DNA of 35,776 nucleotides from a virus (IMGVR_UViG_3300012952_000051:1-35776), one strand, 5' to 3'. Shown: positions 27,178 through 34,482, counted from the first letter of the stretch. Translations and numbers: made by a program. The notes: generated by a model not told the origin, from the sequence alone.

Positions 27178-28122
27178 ATGAACAACAAAACAAACTTAGG
27201 CTATGCTTGCATCAACATGCAGCTTTCTAGCCTACCAAAATCACAACGCGTAACTACGAACCGCACTATGATCAAGCGCACATTCAAACAGCGCGGATTA
27301 CCTTACGCTTCCGAACTGGCCCTTGCCAACTGTCGTGACTTGCTGACAATCCTAAAGTGGAATGAGCAGAACAATATCCGCTTCTTTCGCATCTCGTCAG
27401 ATATATTTCCATGGGCATCAGAGTATAAATTGTCTGACCTGCCCGACTATGATGACATTTGTGATGCCTTGCAAGATGCTGGCGATTATATTGAAGAGCA
27501 TGGCCATCGCATCACATCGCATCCTGGCCCTTACAACAAGCTGACATCGCCTCGCGAGCAAGTTGTATTAAACACTATCCGCGATCTTGATATCCATGGC
27601 GAGCTATTCGACATGCTTGGTTTATCGCGCACACCATACAACAAACTCAACATTCACGTTGGCGCACACTACAATGACAAGCCTATGGCATTGGGCAATT
27701 TCTGCCGCAATTTTCATCGCCTGTCTGAAGCTGCCCGTGCTCGCCTGACTGTCGAGAACGACGACAAGGCTAGCCTCTACTCGACCAAAGAGTTGTATGA
27801 TAGTGTCTACAATGAGATTGGTATCCCTATCGTCCACGACGTACATCACCACAAGTTTTGCACTGGCGATATCGACGACGAAGAAGCTATGTTGCTAGCA
27901 GCCATGACATGGGGCGATGTCAAGCCAGTTATCCACTACTCACAGTCGCGCTCAATTGAACACGATGACCCCAAGATCAGAGCTAATGCTCATAGCGATT
28001 CTTATTGGGAGCCGGTAGATACTTATGGTCTAGACATTGACGTAATGTTGGAGTGCAAACACAAAGAGCTTGGCTTGTTCAAGATGAGAGAATTACTAAG
28101 CGCCCGTAGCTCAGCTGGATAG
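27178..28122 (+). CDS. uvsE: UV DNA damage endonuclease
   Basis: [55 protein letters not shown]. Confidence 0.94.
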   Translation: MNNKTNLGYACINMQLSSLPKSQRVTTNRTMIKRTFKQRGLPYASELALANCRDLLTILKWNEQNNIRFFRISSDIFPWASEYKLSDLPDYDDICDALQDAGDYIEEHGHRITSHPGPYNKLTSPREQVVLNTIRDLDIHGELFDMLGLSRTPYNKLNIHVGAHYNDKPMALGNFCRNFHRLSEAARARLTVENDDKASLYSTKELYDSVYNEIGIPIVHDVHHHKFCTGDIDDEEAMLLAAMTWGDVKPVIHYSQSRSIEHDDPKIRANAHSDSYWEPVDTYGLDIDVMLECKHKELGLFKMRELLSARSSAG

Positions 28123-28176
28123 AGCAACGGCCTTCTAAGCCGTAGGTCACAGGTTCAAATCCTGTCGGGCGTGCCA
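28100..28176 (+). tRNA. tRNA-Arg (UCU)
   Basis: Cloverleaf; anticodon loop CTTCTAA; GGTTCAAAT T-loop; encoded CCA. Confidence 0.93.
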
Positions 28177-28180
28177 ATAC

Positions 28181-28489
28181 TTAAAAAAGATAACCGAGGT
28201 AAAGATATATTTTGCAAAGCAAGTAGCAGTGCCAAGCAGCTAGAGCACCGTAGAAGTAAACAATCCAATTTAAGTATTTAGATTGGTGCCTTGCTAACAA
28301 GAATATTGCAACAGCAAAAAGAACAACCTTAATAAATATAAAGAACCATGGGCTTATCTCAATCGCGTAAGCCATCAGAGGATTTACCTCGATCCCACCG
28401 TTGCTCAAGATAAGCAAAGTGGATCCAGCATCAAACAAGTTCAACAACATGGCGGTCATAGCTAGTATCTTTGTTTTCTTGCTCATCAT
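28181..28489 (-). CDS. DUF5658-like small membrane protein
   Basis: LNLFDAGSTL...GGIEVNPLM plus TM helices; the only convincing minus-strand gene. Confidence 0.75.
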   Translation of the reverse strand: MMSKKTKILAMTAMLLNLFDAGSTLLILSNGGIEVNPLMAYAIEISPWFFIFIKVVLFAVAIFLLARHQSKYLNWIVYFYGALAAWHCYLLCKIYLYLGYLF

Positions 28490-28521
28490 AAATAAATATT
28501 AGGATAGTGGTATTTTTTGCA

Positions 28522-28549
28522 TTAACTTAACACATATCGTGCTTATAAT
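28522..28549 (+). promoter_or_regulatory. Repeated promoter-like motif, copy 4 (upstream of the tRNA cluster)
   Basis: TTAA-N13-GTGCTTATAAT. Confidence 0.7.
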
Positions 28550-28561
28550 ATAAACATACAT

Positions 28562-28647
28562 GGCCTTGTGGCGGAATTGGTAGACGCAGCAGACTCAAAA
28601 TCTGCCGTCCTTTGGGCGTGAGGGTTCGAGTCCCTCCGAGGCCACCA
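28562..28647 (+). tRNA. tRNA-Leu (CAA)
   Basis: Class II cloverleaf with long variable arm; GCAGA-CTCAAAA-TCTGC; encoded CCA. Confidence 0.93.
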
Positions 28648-28654
28648 CACATAC

Positions 28655-28731
28655 GGACCTTTAGCTCAGTTGGTTAGAGCCACCCGCTCATAACGGGTTA
28701 GTCCTCGGTTCGAGTCCGAGAGGGTCCACCA
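28655..28731 (+). tRNA. tRNA with CAU anticodon, probably Ile2 (lysidine-type) rather than Met
   Basis: CCCG-CTCATAA-CGGG; acceptor GGACCTT/AGGGTCC with A73 resembles bacterial tRNA-Ile2; lacks initiator features. Confidence 0.85.
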
Positions 28732-28736
28732 AATAA

Positions 28737-28812
28737 TGCACAGCGGCACTAATGGAGTGCCTCCCGTACCGCAACCCGGTGATAGCAGGTTCGACTCCTG
28801 TCTGTGCAGCCA
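28737..28812 (+). tRNA. Atypical tRNA-like gene with a degenerate anticodon arm
   Basis: Acceptor TGCACAG/CTGTGCA+G+CCA, D-stem GCAC/GTGC and T-arm GCAGG-TTCGACT-CCTGT are intact; the anticodon stem does not pair canonically. Confidence 0.7.
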
Positions 28813-28833
28813 AACATTTAATGGAGAAATAAA

Positions 28834-28980
28834 ATGGAACAGATCATTTATGATTCGCTTGTAAGAGCACAAGAACACTTTGATGATATCGAGACACCAG
28901 AGCAGTTGGCAAAATATATTGCCGATGAATTAAAAAGAGCCATCGCAGAACAATTGATGCAACAGCTTAACCATCTCTAA
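28834..28980 (+). CDS. 48-aa helical protein (not in the ORF track)
   Basis: MEQIIYDSLVRAQEHFDD...; SD GGAG. Confidence 0.6.
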   Translation: MEQIIYDSLVRAQEHFDDIETPEQLAKYIADELKRAIAEQLMQQLNHL

Positions 28981-28994
28981 TTCGTGCTTATACT
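28967..28994 (+). promoter_or_regulatory. Repeated promoter-like motif, copy 5
   Basis: TTAA-N13-GTGCTTATACT, directly abutting ATG 28995. Confidence 0.65.
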
Positions 28995-29198
28995 ATGAAA
29001 GTAGGCGATTTAGTTCGTTTGTCCGCTCATGGTGAGAGACTATCGTGGTATCAGGATTGTCGAGGCAAACTCGGCTTAATAATTCGTGAGTGTGATATGT
29101 GGACAGGCAAAGAATATAAGCACTGCTTTTGGGTTAATTTTATTAATGGCCCACAAACGATAAAAGCATATCGCTCGGATCTTAAACACGCAAAATGA
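28995..29198 (+). CDS. MKVGDLV-family small protein
   Basis: MKVGDLVRLSAHG...LGLII. Confidence 0.75.
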   Translation: MKVGDLVRLSAHGERLSWYQDCRGKLGLIIRECDMWTGKEYKHCFWVNFINGPQTIKAYRSDLKHAK

Positions 29199-29395
29199 TT
29201 AAAGTTGGAGATTTAGTTAGGCCCGCCCCCGGCTGTGAATATATAGCAGAGCTTGGAACTGGTAGAGGCACTTATCGAGTACGCTACGGCATAGTGTGTG
29301 GGTGGGTTGAAAGCTCCCATATGTGGGAAGTTATTTGGAACGACGGACGCGAAACTAGCTGGTGGAACGAGAGAGAACTTAGGATTTTAACATGA
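29195..29395 (+). CDS. MKVGDLV-family small protein
   Basis: MIKVGDLVRP...YGIV...VIWNDG...ELRIL. Confidence 0.75.
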   Translation: MIKVGDLVRPAPGCEYIAELGTGRGTYRVRYGIVCGWVESSHMWEVIWNDGRETSWWNERELRILT

Positions 29396-29577
29396 AAGTC
29401 GGAGATTTGGTAACATTAGCGCCCAAGGTGATGCTTCGTCGTGAGCAGAACTTCGCTGGGTTCATCATAGGTTTTGATGAAGATAACGATCCGGTTGTCC
29501 AGTGGTTCCTGAAGGGAAATGAGATTTTTGTAGAATCAGAGTATAGAAGCCAGATAAAGGTAATTAGCGAAGCCTAA
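29392..29577 (+). CDS. MKVGDLV-family small protein
   Basis: MKVGDLVTL...VQWF...IKVISEA. Confidence 0.75.
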   Translation: MKVGDLVTLAPKVMLRREQNFAGFIIGFDEDNDPVVQWFLKGNEIFVESEYRSQIKVISEA

Positions 29578-29583
29578 CATTAT

Positions 29584-29660
29584 ACGCCCATAGCTCAGTA
29601 GGTTAGAGCGCCATTCTTATAAAGTGGAAGTCACGGGTTCAAGTCCCGTTGGGCGTACCA
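29584..29660 (+). tRNA. tRNA-Ile (UAU)
   Basis: Acceptor ACGCCCA/TGGGCGT; CCATT-CTTATAA-AGTGG; A73 plus CCA. Confidence 0.9.
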
Positions 29661-29680
29661 AAAACAAGGAGAATAAAATT

Positions 29681-29803
29681 ATGAAGAAATTATTTAGCAG
29701 TCCGCTGACCAATTCGGGTGGCCTCACCCTGGTAGGGTTTTTTTGGGCTATAGTTACAGCGATCTCAGCGTTTCTGTTGCCAATCTTTCTTTTCGTTGAG
29801 TGA
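29681..29803 (+). CDS. 40-aa single-TM protein (not in the ORF track)
   Basis: MKKLFSSPLTNSGGLTLVGFFWAIVTAISAFLLPIFLFVE; SD AAGGAG. Confidence 0.6.
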   Translation: MKKLFSSPLTNSGGLTLVGFFWAIVTAISAFLLPIFLFVE

Positions 29804-29985
29804 TCTCTACGATGGTACCAGGCGATTTAGTGAAATTTAAGAAGCCAAACACTAGAGAAATTGGACAATATTATTTGGTGTTGGAGATCGATGGTCCCGG
29901 TTGGGTTAGGCTCGACGATGGAGAGAGGAATCTATTTCACCATATGAAAGATCTGACGATTGTCAGCACTGGTCATGAAAAATGA
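29800..29985 (+). CDS. MKVGDLV-family small protein
   Basis: MVPGDLVKF...DLTIVS. Confidence 0.7.
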   Translation: MISTMVPGDLVKFKKPNTREIGQYYLVLEIDGPGWVRLDDGERNLFHHMKDLTIVSTGHEK

Positions 29986-30209
29986 TTCCGATGGAATATC
30001 TTAGGACCGATGCAAAGAGTCCAACTGGCCTTAATCCAGGCGCTAAGTCTGGCGAGAGCACGAACAAGAATAATTTTATTAAGCATAAGTCCTCGAAATC
30101 AAAGAGGAAATTAGATATTGGCCCAGCAGTTGTTCTTCATATTGGAGAAAGTGCTAAACTTGAGCCGATGCGTGCTTATGATTTTCTTGGAAGACCCAAG
30201 GAGATGTGA
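29982..30209 (+). CDS. Hypothetical basic protein
   Basis: 75 aa; ATGA overlap. Confidence 0.45.
   Translation: MIPMEYLRTDAKSPTGLNPGAKSGESTNKNNFIKHKSSKSKRKLDIGPAVVLHIGESAKLEPMRAYDFLGRPKEM
30155..30182 (+). promoter_or_regulatory. Repeated promoter-like motif, copy 6
   Basis: TAAA-N13-GTGCTTATGAT. Confidence 0.6.
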
Positions 30210-30769
30210 TGAGATTCTGCAATTTTATATTCAAACCCAAACAGAAAGAGATCGCCGAGAAAGTATTAAAAGGTCTTTGTGAAGGATGGCTTGGTTGGAA
30301 CGACGCTGGTCTTTATTGGGGATTTGATAACCGTGAACTTCCAGAAGGATATATTAAATTCTACGGCGAGGCGGATCCTTACAGCGGAGCTTCTGAAATG
30401 TCGAACGCCACCGAGATTTGCCATAGTGATGAGCCCGTCCGCGCATCTGATCTCACAGAGCATATGATGATCGCTCTTGACGAAGAAGGCTTCTTCGATG
30501 ATCCAAAGATCCATGAATGGATGTCATATGAAGATGCACAAGAGGACGAGAGAGTTTCTGGATGGGACAGCAACAACCCCAAATACTATAGTTTTTTTGA
30601 AAGAGAGCTTGGCGAAGTTATTATGTGCTTAGCCGCTAGCTCCTCCCGTGTCATGTCTTTCTATGAGGATTCCGTTTGGGTAGCAGACAAAGATGAGGCC
30701 GGGAATACTCAAACAAAGTCCGTTCCTCTGGTCGAAAATATCTTGAACATGCCAATCGATCACTCTTAA
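30206..30769 (+). CDS. Hypothetical acidic protein
   Basis: 187 aa with SD AAGGAG. Confidence 0.65.
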   Translation: MMRFCNFIFKPKQKEIAEKVLKGLCEGWLGWNDAGLYWGFDNRELPEGYIKFYGEADPYSGASEMSNATEICHSDEPVRASDLTEHMMIALDEEGFFDDPKIHEWMSYEDAQEDERVSGWDSNNPKYYSFFERELGEVIMCLAASSSRVMSFYEDSVWVADKDEAGNTQTKSVPLVENILNMPIDHS

Positions 30770-30793
30770 TTTAGCACAATCTGTGCTTATAGT
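30766..30793 (+). promoter_or_regulatory. Repeated promoter-like motif, copy 7
   Basis: TTAA-N13-GTGCTTATAGT; ATG 7 nt downstream. Confidence 0.7.
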
Positions 30794-30799
30794 TTACTT

Positions 30800-31015
30800 A
30801 TGAAATCACCAGAACTCAAAGTAGGCGATCTCGTCCAGTGGACGCTGGATGGAGATCTTGGATTCGTAACCAAGGTTGATCTCGCGGAGCTGGACGCTAC
30901 TGATAAGCCACCAGCCGATCGCGAGCCTTATTTTATTCAGTGGATTTACGAGCCCGGATCCTCTGGCTGGCATGGCGCGCACGAAGATTCTTTGAAATTG
31001 CTTAATCCTGCTTAA
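30800..31015 (+). CDS. MKVGDLV-family small protein
   Basis: ELKVGDLVQW...LGFV...IQW...SLKLLN. Confidence 0.75.
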   Translation: MKSPELKVGDLVQWTLDGDLGFVTKVDLAELDATDKPPADREPYFIQWIYEPGSSGWHGAHEDSLKLLNPA

Positions 31016-31029
31016 ACTGTGCTTATAGT
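31002..31029 (+). promoter_or_regulatory. Repeated promoter-like motif, copy 8
   Basis: TTAA-N13-GTGCTTATAGT. Confidence 0.7.
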
Positions 31030-31054
31030 CTTACTATAGAAAGGAGAAACAAAA

Positions 31055-31783
31055 ATGTCCCGTTGTTCATATTGTTATACAGAAGGTCACAATCGCCGCA
31101 CCTGTCCACAACTGACGAAAAGGCTGGAGCAATCGGCTGCTTCCGGTAGTTCCTATTCCCAATCCATGCTCGACGCTCGCGGCAAAGGCAGTGGCAGAAA
31201 GAAAGACACTCGTCGCTGTTCTTTCTGTGGTACTTATGGCCATGATCGTCGGACTTGCGATAAGCTAAACACTTTCCTCAAGGAAATCACGAGACGAGAT
31301 GTCATCGCCCGTGATATCATTAGAGAGCGGATGATTGATAGCGGTTTTGGCCCCGGCGCTTTGGTAGCATTTAGTGTTAGTGATTGGGATTACGAAAACA
31401 ACAAAACCAAAATGACAGATTACACTGGAATCATATCGAAAATCAAATGGAACGATATTGGACGAACGACGTTCGATAGCCGTCACCAGCTAGCTTTGGT
31501 AAAGTTTTTTGTCCAACGCGAAGGCGCAACGGTTCCTGCCGAACGCTGGCTCAGCCTACCCTTTGATGTGTTCGCCAAAGATCTCAAAGAGGTACCTGAT
31601 CGTCCTAGTTGGTCTGATGTTCCGGTAACTGTTTCTAAGGTCGATGTAGCTATCCCAGACTCTTACGATGATCATCGAGCCATTTTGAAACACAACAAGA
31701 TTGCATACAGAGAGCAAGATTCATATACTTGGGAGTACCGAGAGGTTATGAACGAGCTAGAGAACCAAGAGCAACAAAAGTAA
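31055..31783 (+). CDS. Protein with two CCHC zinc knuckles and a probable beta-barrel domain
   Basis: CSYCYTEGHNRRTC and CSFCGTYGHDRRTC, then FGPGALV...TGII; SD AAGGAG. Confidence 0.8.
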   Translation: MSRCSYCYTEGHNRRTCPQLTKRLEQSAASGSSYSQSMLDARGKGSGRKKDTRRCSFCGTYGHDRRTCDKLNTFLKEITRRDVIARDIIRERMIDSGFGPGALVAFSVSDWDYENNKTKMTDYTGIISKIKWNDIGRTTFDSRHQLALVKFFVQREGATVPAERWLSLPFDVFAKDLKEVPDRPSWSDVPVTVSKVDVAIPDSYDDHRAILKHNKIAYREQDSYTWEYREVMNELENQEQQK

Positions 31784-31983
31784 TGAAAGTTGGCGACTTG
31801 GTAAAAGTAATACACCCTACCTTTGGTGTGCCCTTCGGGGCACTAGCTATAATTTCGAGGGTTATGCGCTCTAACTTCGATGAGTTTGATATATATGATC
31901 TAGTGGTAGTAGGAACGAAAGAGCAAACTAGAAGGCAAGGCCGCGATCTAGAACTAGTCGCATCAGCGAATATTTCTTCTTAA
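31783..31983 (+). CDS. MKVGDLV-family small protein
   Basis: MKVGDLVKV...DLELVAS; TAATG coupling. Confidence 0.75.
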   Translation: MKVGDLVKVIHPTFGVPFGALAIISRVMRSNFDEFDIYDLVVVGTKEQTRRQGRDLELVASANISS

Positions 31984-32007
31984 CATATGCCTACTCGTGC
32001 TTATGAT
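31980..32007 (+). promoter_or_regulatory. Repeated promoter-like motif, copy 9
   Basis: TTAA-N13-GTGCTTATGAT; ATG 7 nt downstream. Confidence 0.7.
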
Positions 32008-32013
32008 TAGTAT

Positions 32014-32220
32014 ATGATTAAGGGACCATTCAAAACAGGCGATTTAGTAAAGTTTCCCGATACCGGATTCCTCGCTACGATTGTAAATATTGAAACCGAG
32101 TACAACACCACCAACGCGACGTTGTGGGTATCTGGCGATTACACTGGTCCGAACCCAACTTTCATGAGCTTAAATATGCTGCGCCGTCGAGCGGTTGTTA
32201 TTTCTAAGGCTAACAAATGA
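32014..32220 (+). CDS. MKVGDLV-family small protein
   Basis: FKTGDLVKF. Confidence 0.7.
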   Translation: MIKGPFKTGDLVKFPDTGFLATIVNIETEYNTTNATLWVSGDYTGPNPTFMSLNMLRRRAVVISKANK

Positions 32221-32411
32221 AAGTCGGAGATCTAGTAAGAATCAAGCGCCCCTGCCACATGACCGGAGACGCGGTAGGCTTGTGTGTATCACATGAATGG
32301 CACAAATATAGTATTAAATCTAAGATTTGGATCGTTGAGATCCTTAATCCCGCTCAAGGCACCCACCGCTATCTTGAGGAAGAACTGGAGTTAGTCAGTG
32401 AAAGCCGGTGA
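32217..32411 (+). CDS. MKVGDLV-family small protein
   Basis: MKVGDLVRI...ELELVSESR. Confidence 0.75.
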   Translation: MKVGDLVRIKRPCHMTGDAVGLCVSHEWHKYSIKSKIWIVEILNPAQGTHRYLEEELELVSESR

Positions 32412-32580
32412 TTTAGTAAAGCGTAAACTTAATGGCAAATATGAATACGCCATTATAGTTCAAATCTCGTCACATAAAGAAAACAATCATAGATCACCAT
32501 TCGCTCTTAAAGTGTGGACACGCTTAGGTCACGGATGTTGGGATGCTAGAAAATGTGAGTTGGCCAATGAAAGTCGGTAG
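32398..32580 (+). CDS. MKVGDLV-family small protein
   Basis: MKAGDLVK...CELANESR. Confidence 0.75.
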   Translation: MKAGDLVKRKLNGKYEYAIIVQISSHKENNHRSPFALKVWTRLGHGCWDARKCELANESR

Positions 32581-32818
32581 CCTAGTAAAATATGTCGGTT
32601 CAGCAGCTATGTATCGCGACCGAGTTGGTATTGTTGCGAAACTCTACGGGTTCATCGATGAACGAATCGACTCCGCGCTCGTTCACTTCGCTGGCCTTGA
32701 AGGCAAGGGCCGCGACGAAGTTGTGGATGCCTCCAATGTCCGCGCAAACCGAGGCAAGGGCGACGGACTTCATCCCATGGCGTTTGATGAGCTAAAGATC
32801 ATTGGTGAAAATCAATAA
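32567..32818 (+). CDS. MKVGDLV-family small protein
   Basis: MKVGSLVKY...VGIV...ELKIIGE; start ATG 32567. Confidence 0.75.
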   Translation: MKVGSLVKYVGSAAMYRDRVGIVAKLYGFIDERIDSALVHFAGLEGKGRDEVVDASNVRANRGKGDGLHPMAFDELKIIGENQ

Positions 32819-32825
32819 TAAAGCA

Positions 32826-32853
32826 TTAATTCTGACGGATCCGTGCTTATAGT
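32826..32853 (+). promoter_or_regulatory. Repeated promoter-like motif, copy 10
   Basis: TTAA-N13-GTGCTTATAGT; ATG 7 nt downstream. Confidence 0.7.
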
Positions 32854-32859
32854 TATATC

Positions 32860-33057
32860 ATGTTCAAGATAGGAAACCTAGTAAGACTTACCCGCCGTCA
32901 AGGCTGGAGAGAAGAAACTGACCCTGGCATCGGACTTGTGCTAGCTATCCGTTCGCACGATTATTTGCTTGATGAAATCAAAGTCCGCTGGCGAGATGGA
33001 AAAATAGAGTGGACAAACTCAGGTTTGCTTAGGATAATCTCCAGAGGAGTTAGTTAA
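32860..33057 (+). CDS. MKVGDLV-family small protein
   Basis: MFKIGNLVRL...IGLV...VRWRDG...LRIIS. Confidence 0.75.
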   Translation: MFKIGNLVRLTRRQGWREETDPGIGLVLAIRSHDYLLDEIKVRWRDGKIEWTNSGLLRIISRGVS

Positions 33058-33278
33058 TGAAAGTTGGTGATTTGGTAAGAATTATGGACGGCGGGAGCGG
33101 CCTGGTCCACGGCGGCGAGATTCCTCCTGATGCCATTGGCATCGTGGTTGCGGAGCCTTCCACAGCGTGCTTCCAGAAGGGCGGCGCGCTACCGTCGATG
33201 TGGGTTCAGTGGCCCGGACGCGGAGATTGGGACTCGATGGAGATCGAGGACTTGGAGGTTATCAGTGAAAGTCGGTGA
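33057..33278 (+). CDS. MKVGDLV-family small protein
   Basis: MKVGDLVRI...VQW...DLEVISESR. Confidence 0.75.
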   Translation: MKVGDLVRIMDGGSGLVHGGEIPPDAIGIVVAEPSTACFQKGGALPSMWVQWPGRGDWDSMEIEDLEVISESR

Positions 33279-33444
33279 TTTAGTTGTGCAGCTAGGCTGG
33301 GAAGCAGACGGTGTAGGTATCGTAACCAGAGTAGCCGCCGAGTCTGCCCTCATTGAACCGCCCGTGCTGGTTACAGTGCAGTGGCCAAACGGCGAGGACG
33401 ATATGTATCGGAGCGAGTTGAAGGTTATCAGTGAAAGTCGGTGA
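33265..33444 (+). CDS. MKVGDLV-family small protein
   Basis: GTG start after GGAGG; (M)KVGDLVVQ...VQWPNG...ELKVISESR. Confidence 0.75.
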   Translation: MKVGDLVVQLGWEADGVGIVTRVAAESALIEPPVLVTVQWPNGEDDMYRSELKVISESR

Positions 33445-33613
33445 TTTAGTAAAACATTCAGACATCCCCTCGCTAGGTCTTGGCCTCGTGACGGAAGATT
33501 TTGGTGTACACGTATGTGTACAGTGGCTATACGAAGCTGGCGACGACCGCAAGGATCCCGGTCCAACGCTGGAAACAATCAGTATGCTGGAGATTGTAAA
33601 TGAAAGTAGGTGA
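33431..33613 (+). CDS. MKVGDLV-family small protein
   Basis: MKVGDLVKH...VQW...MLEIVNESR. Confidence 0.75.
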   Translation: MKVGDLVKHSDIPSLGLGLVTEDFGVHVCVQWLYEAGDDRKDPGPTLETISMLEIVNESR

Positions 33614-33830
33614 TTTGGTTAAACTTCTGAATGATCCAGAAGTTCACAGAAATAACGGAGAGATTCCCCCTGATGCTATTGGTATCGTGGTCGAAGAGGA
33701 ATTGGCCGACCACGCCAGAGGTTCTCACGGCCCGCTGTGGTCGGTGTGGGTTAATTGGTTTGGTCGATGGGATTGGGATTCAATGTTCGTCGAGGATCTG
33801 AAGATCATCAGTGAAGCGCGAGGTTCATGA
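33600..33830 (+). CDS. MKVGDLV-family small protein, close paralogue of 33057
   Basis: Shares GEIPPDAIGIV and DWDSM..EDL with 33057. Confidence 0.75.
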   Translation: MKVGDLVKLLNDPEVHRNNGEIPPDAIGIVVEEELADHARGSHGPLWSVWVNWFGRWDWDSMFVEDLKIISEARGS

Positions 33831-33934
33831 TGGAGCACCTCTTTAACTGTCACGGCGAGTGGGCGCTGTTTGGGTCCGTCGCAGGCTCCGCGTTTTATAT
33901 TAAACACTGGATCAAAGCCAAGTGGAATAAATGA
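33827..33934 (+). CDS. 35-aa small protein (not in the ORF track)
   Basis: MMEHLFNCHGEWALFGSVAGSAFYIKHWIKAKWNK; ATGA overlaps at both ends. Confidence 0.5.
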   Translation: MMEHLFNCHGEWALFGSVAGSAFYIKHWIKAKWNK

Positions 33935-34125
33935 AAGTCGGTGATTTAGTAAAGCCTGGAGATGAACACGGGCTAAAAAACCGACCCTACAGAAAGTCTG
34001 GTGTTGTCATTAACCTACTGCCCGCAAAGCCAGGATGGAATGAGGCTTGTGTGGTTTTTTGGAACGATGGAGATTATGAGTTGGAAGTCCCGGCATGGTT
34101 GGAGATTATAAGTGCAGCCCGGTGA
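33931..34125 (+). CDS. MKVGDLV-family small protein
   Basis: MKVGDLVKP...VFWNDG...WLEIISAAR. Confidence 0.75.
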   Translation: MKVGDLVKPGDEHGLKNRPYRKSGVVINLLPAKPGWNEACVVFWNDGDYELEVPAWLEIISAAR

Positions 34126-34279
34126 TTTGGTAAGATTTAAGCACGATGGCCAGCTAATGTTGATCACTGCTATCCAGCGCCCCGGCTGCTTCCATGGTGT
34201 ATTTGTGTCTGGCAGACGCCACGGCCAAGGTGTAACATCGTATGAGAGTTTGATGGAGAAAATAAATGAAAGTCGGTGA
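34112..34279 (+). CDS. MKVGDLV-family small protein, 55 aa (not in the ORF track)
   Basis: GTG start; (M)QPGDLVRFK...MEKINESR. Confidence 0.7.
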   Translation: MQPGDLVRFKHDGQLMLITAIQRPGCFHGVFVSGRRHGQGVTSYESLMEKINESR

Positions 34280-34436
34280 TCTAGTAAAAGCGCCCCATTG
34301 GGGAGTCGATCAGGTAGCTGTTGTTATTAGTACCAAGCGTCTGGAACATACCGGAATTGTTAAAGTTTTTGGTTCCTTCGGTTGGGAGCTTGATCAAGAG
34401 TCACGACATCTTGAGATTATTTCCGAGGCCACTTAA
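34266..34436 (+). CDS. MKVGDLV-family small protein, 56 aa (not in the ORF track)
   Basis: MKVGDLVKAPHW...HLEIISEAT. Confidence 0.75.
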   Translation: MKVGDLVKAPHWGVDQVAVVISTKRLEHTGIVKVFGSFGWELDQESRHLEIISEAT

Positions 34437-34460
34437 CAAATGTGTTCCCATGCTTACTAT
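34433..34460 (+). promoter_or_regulatory. Repeated promoter-like motif, copy 11
   Basis: TTAA-N13-ATGCTTACTAT. Confidence 0.65.
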
Positions 34461-34482
34461 CTTTATGTAAGTACGGAGGCCC

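Noticed and set aside
32390-34290. CRISPR array interpretation of the recurring GTGAAAGTCGGTGATTTAGT repeat
   Set aside because: The intervening segments are roughly 150 bp or longer, are open reading frames of variable length, the repeats are degenerate and non-palindromic, and no cas genes are in the window.
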